Source of the DNA: Bacteriovoracaceae bacterium
GTDB taxonomy: Bacteria > Bdellovibrionota > Bacteriovoracia > Bacteriovoracales > Bacteriovoracaceae
Assembly: GCA_036171615.1 (NCBI GenBank)
Contig: JAVHRK010000153.1
Location: 8,758-72,757 of the forward strand
Direction of reading: 5' to 3'
DNA: 64,000 nt
How positions within the stretch are numbered: position 1 is the first letter of the stretch; each line of letters starts with the position of its first letter. Of this stretch, positions 30,343 to 39,492 are shown piece after piece. A program made the position numbers and the translations under genes. The notes under the pieces are model-generated. The model had not been told where the DNA came from and did no database searches. It saw only the letters and a list, made by a program, of their open reading frames with translations.

Positions 30343-30666
30343 CTATTTTGATGCAAATATTAGAGCAGTACAGAGCCAAGAATCTCGCATTTCCACAGTA
30401 TAAATTTCGCCACTCTTAAAATTTAGTGGGCCATTTTTCACAAGTTGAATTTTTCGAATTGGCATTTCCATACCCTTTAGCGTCTGTATCACTTGAAAGC
30501 TAACTTCTTCCTTTGGGTAAGCAGCGGCCACTACATCTTCAACACTTATAACTGTACCAATAAATTTTTCAGGGCAACTAAGACCGATTTGAGAAGTCGA
30601 GTAAAGAGGCAAGGAAAATAATCCTGTAATAAATCCGACCATCCATAGTCGCTTTGCTTGCTTCAT
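30343..30666 (-). CDS. Small secreted protein with a TIMP/NTR-like OB-fold pattern
   Basis: Signal peptide, then C...FIGTVISVE...VSFQVIQTLKG...FKSGEIYTV...LC, with two Cys near the ends of the domain. Confidence 0.55.
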   Translation of the reverse strand: MKQAKRLWMVGFITGLFSLPLYSTSQIGLSCPEKFIGTVISVEDVVAAAYPKEEVSFQVIQTLKGMEMPIRKIQLVKNGPLNFKSGEIYTVEMRDSWLCTALIFASK

Positions 30667-30730
30667 CCTAAAGCTCCTTTATTTTCCTTTAAACTCTTGT
30701 GAGATCTTCCTAATCTCTTAATTATTAATG

Positions 30731-30749
30731 TGCACAGGTCGTGCCAAAA
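30731..30749 (-). promoter_or_regulatory. Sigma54 (RpoN) -24/-12 promoter
   Basis: Minus strand TTTTGGCACGACCTGTGCA has TGGCACG and exact GG-N10-GC spacing, 65 nt upstream of ATG 30666. Confidence 0.75.
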
Positions 30750-30795
30750 CTAAATGAGTAATAAAGACTTGATTTAGTATTTTCTGGGGAGAAAA

Positions 30796-30855
30796 TGACA
30801 CTTTTTATCCTGATTTAGGTGTCAAAAGAAAAAGTCAGATTCCAAAAAATTGACT
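30796..30855. promoter_or_regulatory. Candidate upstream activator sites for a sigma54 enhancer-binding protein
   Basis: Inverted repeats TGACAC-N17-GTGTCA (30796-30824) and AGTCA-N13-TGACT (30833-30855), 50-110 bp upstream of the -24 element. Confidence 0.45.
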
Positions 30856-30866
30856 CCGTAAAAAAA

Positions 30867-31388
30867 TTACTCGAATTTAAATTTATCTTTATGTAGATGA
30901 TGAAGTCTTAAAAATCCAAGCACTGCAGAAGACCAACGCAGCTTATCTGACATAATAAGGTCAAATAATTCATTGTAAGAAAATTTTTCAATTGAAACAA
31001 CGACATCTCCATCGGGATTAGGTAAAGGATCTTCTACAAGCTCAGTTGCTAATACAAAAGAAACTGAATTGTTTACTGTACCGCTAGATTTAATTTCAAA
31101 AAACTTTTCTAGCTTATTGGCCCGTAAACCAACTTCTTCACGTAATTCTTTATTTGCATTTTCTAACACAGTTAACTCTTCTTCTATATGTCCCGCAACG
31201 AATCGTAAGCGAATTTTTACATCCTCATGTGGACGTCGTTCATTAATTAAAATAAATTTACCGTCATTATCAATTGCATAAACGATAACCCCATTTCGAA
31301 GATAGCACCGTTCCCAATTATTTTCTTCAATCATCTCTTCAGTCACTTTTATATAGCGACCTTGATACATTGTATTTTCCATCATCAT
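30867..31388 (-). CDS. NUDIX hydrolase (ADP-ribose pyrophosphatase-like)
   Basis: Nudix box AGHIEEELTVLENANKELREEVG. Confidence 0.85.
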   Translation of the reverse strand: MMMENTMYQGRYIKVTEEMIEENNWERCYLRNGVIVYAIDNDGKFILINERRPHEDVKIRLRFVAGHIEEELTVLENANKELREEVGLRANKLEKFFEIKSSGTVNNSVSFVLATELVEDPLPNPDGDVVVSIEKFSYNELFDLIMSDKLRWSSAVLGFLRLHHLHKDKFKFE

Positions 31389-31804
31389 TCCCGTATATAG
31401 TTAATAGATTTTTTATATTCATAAGTATGTTTGCTATTAAATATTTCTATCTCAAATAAGATACCTGTTGGACTTAATTTGTAGACCTGGGTTTGATAAT
31501 ATATATCCCAGAGATGCTTATCGATTATATTGATGGTTAAGGCTTGCTCATCTACAAAAGCTAATTCTGTAATTGTCCGACCACCTCTATTCCAAATAAG
31601 TCTGGTTAAGTTGTCTGCTATAACATGCCCAGTTCGTGATTCGGCCGGTAGAGCAAGCTCGAAAGTTGGAGCACAATTACTTACCTTTATTTCGAGAATA
31701 TTACTAACATTAGTCTCATCAATATACTTTCCTACAAAGGATTCTTCACAAGAAAAAGTATTAGTAGTGAATAATATTATAGTGATCGTAAGAAAAGTTT
31801 TCAT
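31385..31804 (-). CDS. Exported beta-strand-rich hypothetical protein
   Basis: Signal peptide, two Cys, ATGA overlap with the NUDIX gene. Confidence 0.6.
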   Translation of the reverse strand: MKTFLTITIILFTTNTFSCEESFVGKYIDETNVSNILEIKVSNCAPTFELALPAESRTGHVIADNLTRLIWNRGGRTITELAFVDEQALTINIIDKHLWDIYYQTQVYKLSPTGILFEIEIFNSKHTYEYKKSINYIRE

Positions 31805-31806
31805 GA

Positions 31807-32352
31807 TTACTCCATTTCAAGAAATTTTACTCTGAGATGATTTTCCTCTGCCGTTAGACTAGCAAAATGAGAGGCATTTTTATTTTTACTAGATGAAACA
31901 CACTCGATAAGTTCTTCATTAATATACAAGGCACCTACCCCATCATCAAGGGCAATTCCACCATTCAGAATTCCATCCTTGATAAATTTAATTAACGTAG
32001 GCCTTCGATTTTCTTCTCCATCAAAGTGTGGACAGGCGCTTCCTTTTAAAATCCCTAAACATTCTATTTTTTCTAGGGCACCACCAATATGAATAATATC
32101 TTGATTAAAAATAAAATCACGAAGATCTCTAGTAGGTGGCTTAAAAAGTGAAAGATAGGTATAGTCGCAATCAAGAGTTCGGTAAGCATCTTGAAACTGA
32201 TTAATAGAGTGTTCACTGTCTCCACTAGCCGTTCCAATAAAACAAATTTTAGGATTTTTTTTCACAGACAAAGACAAAATATATTTATCTAGTAATAAAT
32301 TATCGGGCTCCATGGCAAAGCCACCGCCGCCCATAATAAATAATTTACGCAT
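31807..32352 (-). pseudogene. Peptidase E (S51) homolog with an in-frame internal deletion removing the catalytic Ser region
   Basis: Both ends are typical (MGGGGF, KICFIGTASGD, QDIIHIGG; CLGILKGSACPHFDGE, GIALDDG), but the GGGNT...G-x-SAG segment between them is absent. Confidence 0.7.
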
Positions 32353-32363
32353 AAATAATTCCT

Positions 32364-32390
32364 AAAAAAAGGGAGCCGAAGCTCCCCTTT
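32364..32390 (-). terminator. Intrinsic terminator after groEL
   Basis: Minus strand GGGAGC-TTCG-GCTCCC-TTTTTTT, with a C(UUCG)G tetraloop. Confidence 0.9.
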
Positions 32391-32422
32391 GAATAACGTT
32401 TCTAAGTTTAAAATGAAATGAA

Positions 32423-34081
<1,659 letters not shown>

Positions 34082-34116
34082 TTAAGATATTTATTACAAA
34101 ATTTATATTGATTTAA

Positions 34117-34404
34117 TTAGTGTAGGATTCCTAGGATTTCATCTTCTTTCATAATAAGAACTGGATTTCCTTCTACTTTTACTTCAGTACCTGAGTACTT
34201 GCCAAAAAGAACTCTATCGCCAACTTTAACTTCTAAGTTACGAATTGATCCATCTGCTAGTCTATGACCAGTTCCAATAGCAAGGATTTTTCCTTGTGAT
34301 GGTTTTTCTGTGTGGTTATCTGGAATAATAATCCCGCCTGCTGTTTTTGTTTCTTCATCAAAACGTTGAACGACAACTCTGTCCTGTAATGGTCTAAGTT
34401 CCAT
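34117..34404 (-). CDS. groS: Co-chaperonin GroES
   Basis: [19 protein letters not shown] and GKYSGTEVK; AGGAGG RBS. Confidence 0.98.
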   Translation of the reverse strand: MELRPLQDRVVVQRFDEETKTAGGIIIPDNHTEKPSQGKILAIGTGHRLADGSIRNLEVKVGDRVLFGKYSGTEVKVEGNPVLIMKEDEILGILH

Positions 34405-34439
34405 AATAGATCCTCCTAATTAAAAAAAATTACTCTCAC

Positions 34440-34467
34440 AATGTAATATGTGTTTGATCAGTGTCAA
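34440..34467 (-). promoter_or_regulatory. Candidate sigma70-type promoter for groES-groEL
   Basis: Minus strand TTGACA-N16-TACATT, 35 nt upstream of the groES start. Confidence 0.45.
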
Positions 34468-34525
34468 GGTTGTAAGCTGAAAAAATCTCGGCGTTTTGAT
34501 GACTCAGGTGGCAAGTTAGTTGGAA

Positions 34526-37168
34526 TTACTTCAAGTCGTACCAATTGACTCCAATCCCCATTTCGACTTTTAGTGGAACCTTTAAATCAACCACGGTTTC
34601 CATCTGTCTGCGAACAAGTTCTTTCATAATATCTAATTCTTCTTCAACTACTTCAAAAATCAATTCATCATGAACTTGCAAAAGCATATGGGATTTTAAT
34701 TTTCTGTCTTTTAGTTCATGATTGATGTTTATCATTGCGATTTTTAAAATATCAGCTGCTGTTCCTTGAATTGGACTATTAATGGCCATGCGCTCTGCTT
34801 GTGCCTTTATCGTTCTATTTTGCGAATGAATGTCTGGAAGAAAGCGTTTTCTTCCATGGTATGTTTCTGCATGGCCTGTTTGTTCGGCCTTATCTTTTAG
34901 TGAATCAAGAAATTTTTTAATTGAACTAAAGTGCGTAAAATATTGATCGATATAATTTTTTGCGTCTGTACGTGATATTTTTAATGTAGCAGCTAATCCA
35001 AAAGAAGATTGACCATACATCAATCCAAAATTGACAGTTTTTGCCATCGATCGATCTTTGGGAGTTACGCTTGATGGTGGAATTTCTAAAATTTGAGAAG
35101 CAGTTTGGGTATGAATATCAATATTTTCTTGAAAAGATTTTAACATTGTCGGATCTTCTGAAAAATGCGCAAGTAATCTTAACTCTACTTGAGAATAATC
35201 GGCCGATAAGAGAATCATTCCGGGTTTTGCAATAAAGGCCCTTCGTACTTTTTGTCCCATTTCGCTTTTAATTGGAATATTTTGCAAGTTGGGATTTGTC
35301 GAGGAAAGTCGGCCGGTTTGCGCCACTGTTAAATTAAAATTAGTATGAATTCTCTTTGTAAGAGGATTTATCATCTGGGGCAAGGCCCTTACATAGGTTG
35401 ATAAAATTTTTCCATATTCACGATGGGTAAGCATAAAACTGGGAACCTCACTTAGGTTCATCCCATCTAGTTCCTCTAGTACATCAGCATCAGTTGAATA
35501 ACCCGTCTTAGTTTTCTTAATAACTGGTAATTGTAATTTTTCGAAAAGAAGTGCTCCTACTTGCTTAGGAGAATTTAGATTAATTTCTGTTTCAGCAATT
35601 TCAAAAATTTTCTTTTCTATATTGGTAATTTCTTTTTGTAATTCATGTTCAAGTTCAATTAAATAATTAGGATTTAAAAGAATACCTGCAACCTCCATCT
35701 CTGCTAAAACTGGAGTCACCAAAAGGTCAATCTCTTCATAAACTTTTAAGAGATTGAGCTCTTTAAGTTTAGTATGAAATATTTCGGCCAGTTGAAATAA
35801 GGCCTGGGCCCTTTCTGCGTTGGCAATTTGTTCATCAGAACTTGGATCTCTCTGTAAATATTCTTTCATTAACGTATCTACGTCATGTCGAGTATTGGTA
35901 TTAATATTATAGTGAGCAAGCCCAATATCAAAAAACTTTGCTTTGGTGATTAATTGATGAGTCATGCAATGTACGATTTCTCGTTTTACGTTTTCGCTAA
36001 TAATTTCAATTTCTGGATTATTAAAAAGAGCAACTGGAATGTGGTTAAAAAGATAGATATCATCTCCACCAATTGAGCAAAATACTTGCGTTACATTTCG
36101 AGCAAAAATATCTTCACCAGCATAGATAAAATAGAGCGCTACCGATTTTGCCTCAAGTAAAATAGTCGGTATCTCCTCTACTAAAATTAAATTAATCGTT
36201 GATGGTTGCGGTGGTTGAAAGAGTGTACTACTTAAATCAACTGGTTCATCTGTATTTAATCTTTTATCGTTTTCTTTTCCCATATGATATTGAAAACGAA
36301 TTTCTTGAAGTTTAGTTAGAGCAGATTTAAATCCAAGCTCACTTAAAAAATCACTTAACTCATTGGTGGGATAAAAATGCACAGCTGTTTCATCAGGAGT
36401 GTGTCCAAGTTCAATATCAGTTACAATTTGTACTAATTGTTTTGAGAGTAATCCTTTCTCAAGATAATTCGTAAAGGCATCAATAACTTTTTTGCCTTTT
36501 AATTTTTCTTTATTTGCTAAAATATTTTCAAAAGTTCCGTATTCTTTTAAAAGATTTGTGGCACCAACAGCTCCGATACCTTTCATCCCTGGAATATTAT
36601 CGGAGGTATCTCCTACTATTGATAAATAATCTACAATTTGATCTGGCCTTACTCCCATTTTCTCTTCAACATCTTTAGCAGAATATAATTTGTCCTTCAT
36701 CGTATCTAAGAGTTTTATATTTCCGCCTACAAACTGCATGAGGTCTTTATCACCTGATGCAATAAATATTTCTTCAAACTCATCACGCCATTGTATACAG
36801 GCACTCCCAATAATATCATCGGCCTCAAAATTATCATGGGAAAACGTGGGGAAATTCATTTTTTCAATCAGCTTGTCTATTAAAGCAAATTGCGGAATAA
36901 GATCAGCAGGGGGTTCACTTCTATTGGCCTTATATTCTTCATAAATTCGATTTCTAAAAGTTCCGCCTTTTGTATCACGGGCCAAAAATAAATGTGTTGG
37001 TTTTTGATCTGATAGTAATTTTAGCATCATGGTAAAAATACCATAGACAGCATTCACTGGCGTACCATCTGGCGCATGTAACGGACGAATGGCAAAGAAA
37101 GCACGGAAAATAAAATTACTTACATCAACAATAATTAAACGTTTGCGGGGAATGTTATTTTGGTTCAT
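34526..37168 (-). CDS. polA: DNA polymerase I
   Basis: 5' nuclease (VDVSNFIFRAFF, EADD, GDKDLMQ, GIGAVGA) and polymerase motifs A (SADYSQVELR), B (AKTVNFGLMYG) and C (QVHDEL); proofreading domain looks degenerate. Confidence 0.97.
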   Translation of the reverse strand: MNQNNIPRKRLIIVDVSNFIFRAFFAIRPLHAPDGTPVNAVYGIFTMMLKLLSDQKPTHLFLARDTKGGTFRNRIYEEYKANRSEPPADLIPQFALIDKLIEKMNFPTFSHDNFEADDIIGSACIQWRDEFEEIFIASGDKDLMQFVGGNIKLLDTMKDKLYSAKDVEEKMGVRPDQIVDYLSIVGDTSDNIPGMKGIGAVGATNLLKEYGTFENILANKEKLKGKKVIDAFTNYLEKGLLSKQLVQIVTDIELGHTPDETAVHFYPTNELSDFLSELGFKSALTKLQEIRFQYHMGKENDKRLNTDEPVDLSSTLFQPPQPSTINLILVEEIPTILLEAKSVALYFIYAGEDIFARNVTQVFCSIGGDDIYLFNHIPVALFNNPEIEIISENVKREIVHCMTHQLITKAKFFDIGLAHYNINTNTRHDVDTLMKEYLQRDPSSDEQIANAERAQALFQLAEIFHTKLKELNLLKVYEEIDLLVTPVLAEMEVAGILLNPNYLIELEHELQKEITNIEKKIFEIAETEINLNSPKQVGALLFEKLQLPVIKKTKTGYSTDADVLEELDGMNLSEVPSFMLTHREYGKILSTYVRALPQMINPLTKRIHTNFNLTVAQTGRLSSTNPNLQNIPIKSEMGQKVRRAFIAKPGMILLSADYSQVELRLLAHFSEDPTMLKSFQENIDIHTQTASQILEIPPSSVTPKDRSMAKTVNFGLMYGQSSFGLAATLKISRTDAKNYIDQYFTHFSSIKKFLDSLKDKAEQTGHAETYHGRKRFLPDIHSQNRTIKAQAERMAINSPIQGTAADILKIAMININHELKDRKLKSHMLLQVHDELIFEVVEEELDIMKELVRRQMETVVDLKVPLKVEMGIGVNWYDLK

Positions 37169-37680
37169 AGGGTTTCAGTTGTATTCGATGGAAACCAACT
37201 TGTCTTTCTATTTTTTACGCCAACAAAATTATCGTCATTGGCCATAACAGATGTATCGGCCATAACATCACCTAAGCGATGTCCGGAATCTAAGTTATAA
37301 AGTAAATATAATTCAAGTCCAACTAAACCAATCCCTAAAATTCCACCAAGTATCCAACCCCAAAATGGCACAACTGCTAAGGTAAGAGGAATGCTAAAGG
37401 GCAAATTTCTAATGATCGACTGTTTATAAGAACACGGAGAGCCATCTTCAAGAGATTTGACAGCAAAACCTAATCCTTTTTTTCCAAGGGATTGCCCATT
37501 TTTCATTCCGTCGGCCAAGGAAATATAAATAATGCCTAAATAAAGTCCGGCCTGATAAATGCCTAGTGGATACGTCATGATGGGCAAGGCGATAACAATT
37601 GCTAAATCAATGCCCTTGGCAATTAAGCGTGTGAGTTTGGCCACTCGAATTGCCTTTTCTAAAAGATGTCGTCTTTCCAT
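37165..37680 (-). CDS. RDD-family membrane protein
   Basis: RLIAKGID, GQSLGKK and RLGDVMADT motifs. Confidence 0.85.
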   Translation of the reverse strand: MERRHLLEKAIRVAKLTRLIAKGIDLAIVIALPIMTYPLGIYQAGLYLGIIYISLADGMKNGQSLGKKGLGFAVKSLEDGSPCSYKQSIIRNLPFSIPLTLAVVPFWGWILGGILGIGLVGLELYLLYNLDSGHRLGDVMADTSVMANDDNFVGVKNRKTSWFPSNTTETL

Positions 37681-37788
37681 AACTTAATATTAGTGACACA
37701 CCAAAGAAATGCAAAGCAAAAAAATATTAAGTTTTCACAATCAACTTACTTGGTTAACATAACAATCAATTAATTAAAGGGGGCCCTT

Positions 37789-38112
37789 ATGTCATCATTA
37801 AATAAAACTGACGTCTCTCATTTTGAAGCAGACGTACTTAAATCTGATAGACCTGTACTTGTAGATTTCTGGGCCGAATGGTGTGGACCATGTCGCGCGT
37901 TGGGACCAATACTAGAGGAACTTGCTCAAGAAATTGGAGAAAAAGCTACTGTCCTTAAAGTAAATGTTGATGAAAATCCAGAACTCGCACAAAAATATGG
38001 CATTAGAGGAATACCAACAATGATTTTCTTTAAAAATGGTCAAGCTGCAAAAACACTTGTGGGTATGCAAGCTAAAGAAGAAATTAAAAAATCACTTGAG
38101 GAATTGGCATAA
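37789..38112 (+). CDS. trxA: Thioredoxin
   Basis: [11 protein letters not shown] and GIPT motifs. Confidence 0.96.
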   Translation: MSSLNKTDVSHFEADVLKSDRPVLVDFWAEWCGPCRALGPILEELAQEIGEKATVLKVNVDENPELAQKYGIRGIPTMIFFKNGQAAKTLVGMQAKEEIKKSLEELA

Positions 38113-38115
38113 AAT

Positions 38116-38694
38116 ATGTCTTTCATTCAAAACTCACTTAATGAAGCTCACTCAGTTCTAACTAAATTTGTTAATGATGAGATCAATACTAAGACTATAA
38201 ATTCGGCCATCTCAATGATGGTCGAATCATATCAAAATAATGGTAGAATTTTTAGTTGTGGAAATGGCGGTTCAATGTGCGATGCCATGCATTTTGCTGA
38301 AGAATTAACTGGTCGCTTTAGAAAAGAACGAGCACCTTTGCCCGCGATGGCCATTAACGATGCTTCTCATCTCAGCTGTGTTTCAAATGACTATGGATAT
38401 GATTTCATTTTTTCAAGATATCTAGAGGCTTGGGGTAATAGTGGAGACATACTTCTTGCTATCTCTACCTCTGGCAATTCGCCCAATGTAATACTGGCAG
38501 TTGAAGCGGCCAAGAAAAAAGGGATGAAAGTTGTAGGTCTACTAGGAAAGGGTGGCGGAAAATTAAGCTCAATGTGTAACACATCAATAATTGTCGATTC
38601 AATGATTAGTGATCGAATTCAAGAGATTCATATTAAATGTATTCACATTTTTATTGAAGGTATTGAAAGACAATTATTTCCAGAAAACTATTAA
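38116..38694 (+). CDS. gmhA: Phosphoheptose isomerase (SIS domain)
   Basis: CGNGGSMCDAMHFAEEL, ISTSGNSPNV and DRIQEIH motifs. Confidence 0.93.
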   Translation: MSFIQNSLNEAHSVLTKFVNDEINTKTINSAISMMVESYQNNGRIFSCGNGGSMCDAMHFAEELTGRFRKERAPLPAMAINDASHLSCVSNDYGYDFIFSRYLEAWGNSGDILLAISTSGNSPNVILAVEAAKKKGMKVVGLLGKGGGKLSSMCNTSIIVDSMISDRIQEIHIKCIHIFIEGIERQLFPENY

Positions 38695-39126
38695 TTACAT
38701 CGCTATCGAAAAAAAGATAATAAAAATTCCTCCAATATTAGTAAATAATAACCATTTTTTTGAACGAGTCTGTTTGTAATGTAAAAATGAATCAAGTAAA
38801 AAAGCTTGGGCCCATAAGAGTAATCCTACTTTGCACACAAATGACTGGGTTCCATTTTTAACATTAAAAACTTCAAATAAGACTGGCACGATAAGTAAAA
38901 TGACTAGAAAGATAGTCATAAATTTACGCTTAGATTTAGCCTCTTTAAGTAGATTGAGTTCAGGTTTTGTTAATTTAAAGTAAAGATCATTTAAAAAGAG
39001 AGCAAAAATAAAAATCACAAGATAATCATCTATTTCTTTAAAACCAATAAGAATTTGAAAAAGTAACAGTAAAATAAAATTCATCAACAATAGTTTTTTT
39101 ACTGCACTTATGTGTTTCATCGTCAT
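38695..39126 (-). CDS. Hypothetical membrane protein (about 4-5 TM segments)
   Basis: Several hydrophobic stretches; start set to ATG 39126. Confidence 0.55.
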   Translation of the reverse strand: MTMKHISAVKKLLLMNFILLLLFQILIGFKEIDDYLVIFIFALFLNDLYFKLTKPELNLLKEAKSKRKFMTIFLVILLIVPVLFEVFNVKNGTQSFVCKVGLLLWAQAFLLDSFLHYKQTRSKKWLLFTNIGGIFIIFFSIAM

Positions 39127-39226
39127 AGCAGAATTATAGTTCACATTTAAGTAGTAACAAAAAATCAATGGGTTGAAAGTTATAGAATTGTATAAAGCCG
39201 ACTACTATTTATGGCAACCAAGAGAC

Positions 39227-39490
39227 TTAGCGAACGCGCTCAATCCCTTTTCTAATTTCCATAGTAAATGATCGTCTATAAGGTAAGCGATTTGTGTATT
39301 TCTTTTCATGAATGGGAGAGATAGATAAATCATTAGGAGCGCCTTCCTCACCTTCAATATTCAAATCATCAAAGTCAAATTTTTCAAATTGCTTATATGT
39401 ATAAATAACTTTTTTACTCTCGGGTTTATCAGTTTTAGCAGAAGCATCAAAAATAAAAACCAAACTAAAGATAAATAAAATAATTTTCAT
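39227..39490 (-). CDS. gltF: CglF/GltF-like small gliding-motility protein
   Basis: Signal peptide plus KFDFDDLNIEGE...RRSFTMEIRKGI pattern; 87 aa, last gene of a glt-like operon. Confidence 0.6.
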   Translation of the reverse strand: MKIILFIFSLVFIFDASAKTDKPESKKVIYTYKQFEKFDFDDLNIEGEEGAPNDLSISPIHEKKYTNRLPYRRSFTMEIRKGIERVR

Positions 39491-39492
39491 AA

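Noticed and set aside
34405-34525. CIRCE or sigma32 element upstream of groES
   Set aside because: No TTAGCACTC-N9-GAGTGCTAA dyad; CTTGACA...CACATAT is too closely spaced for a sigma32 promoter.
35700-36300. Degenerate 3'-5' exonuclease domain of PolA
   Set aside because: Loss of proofreading residues in Pol I is common across bacteria and is not novel.
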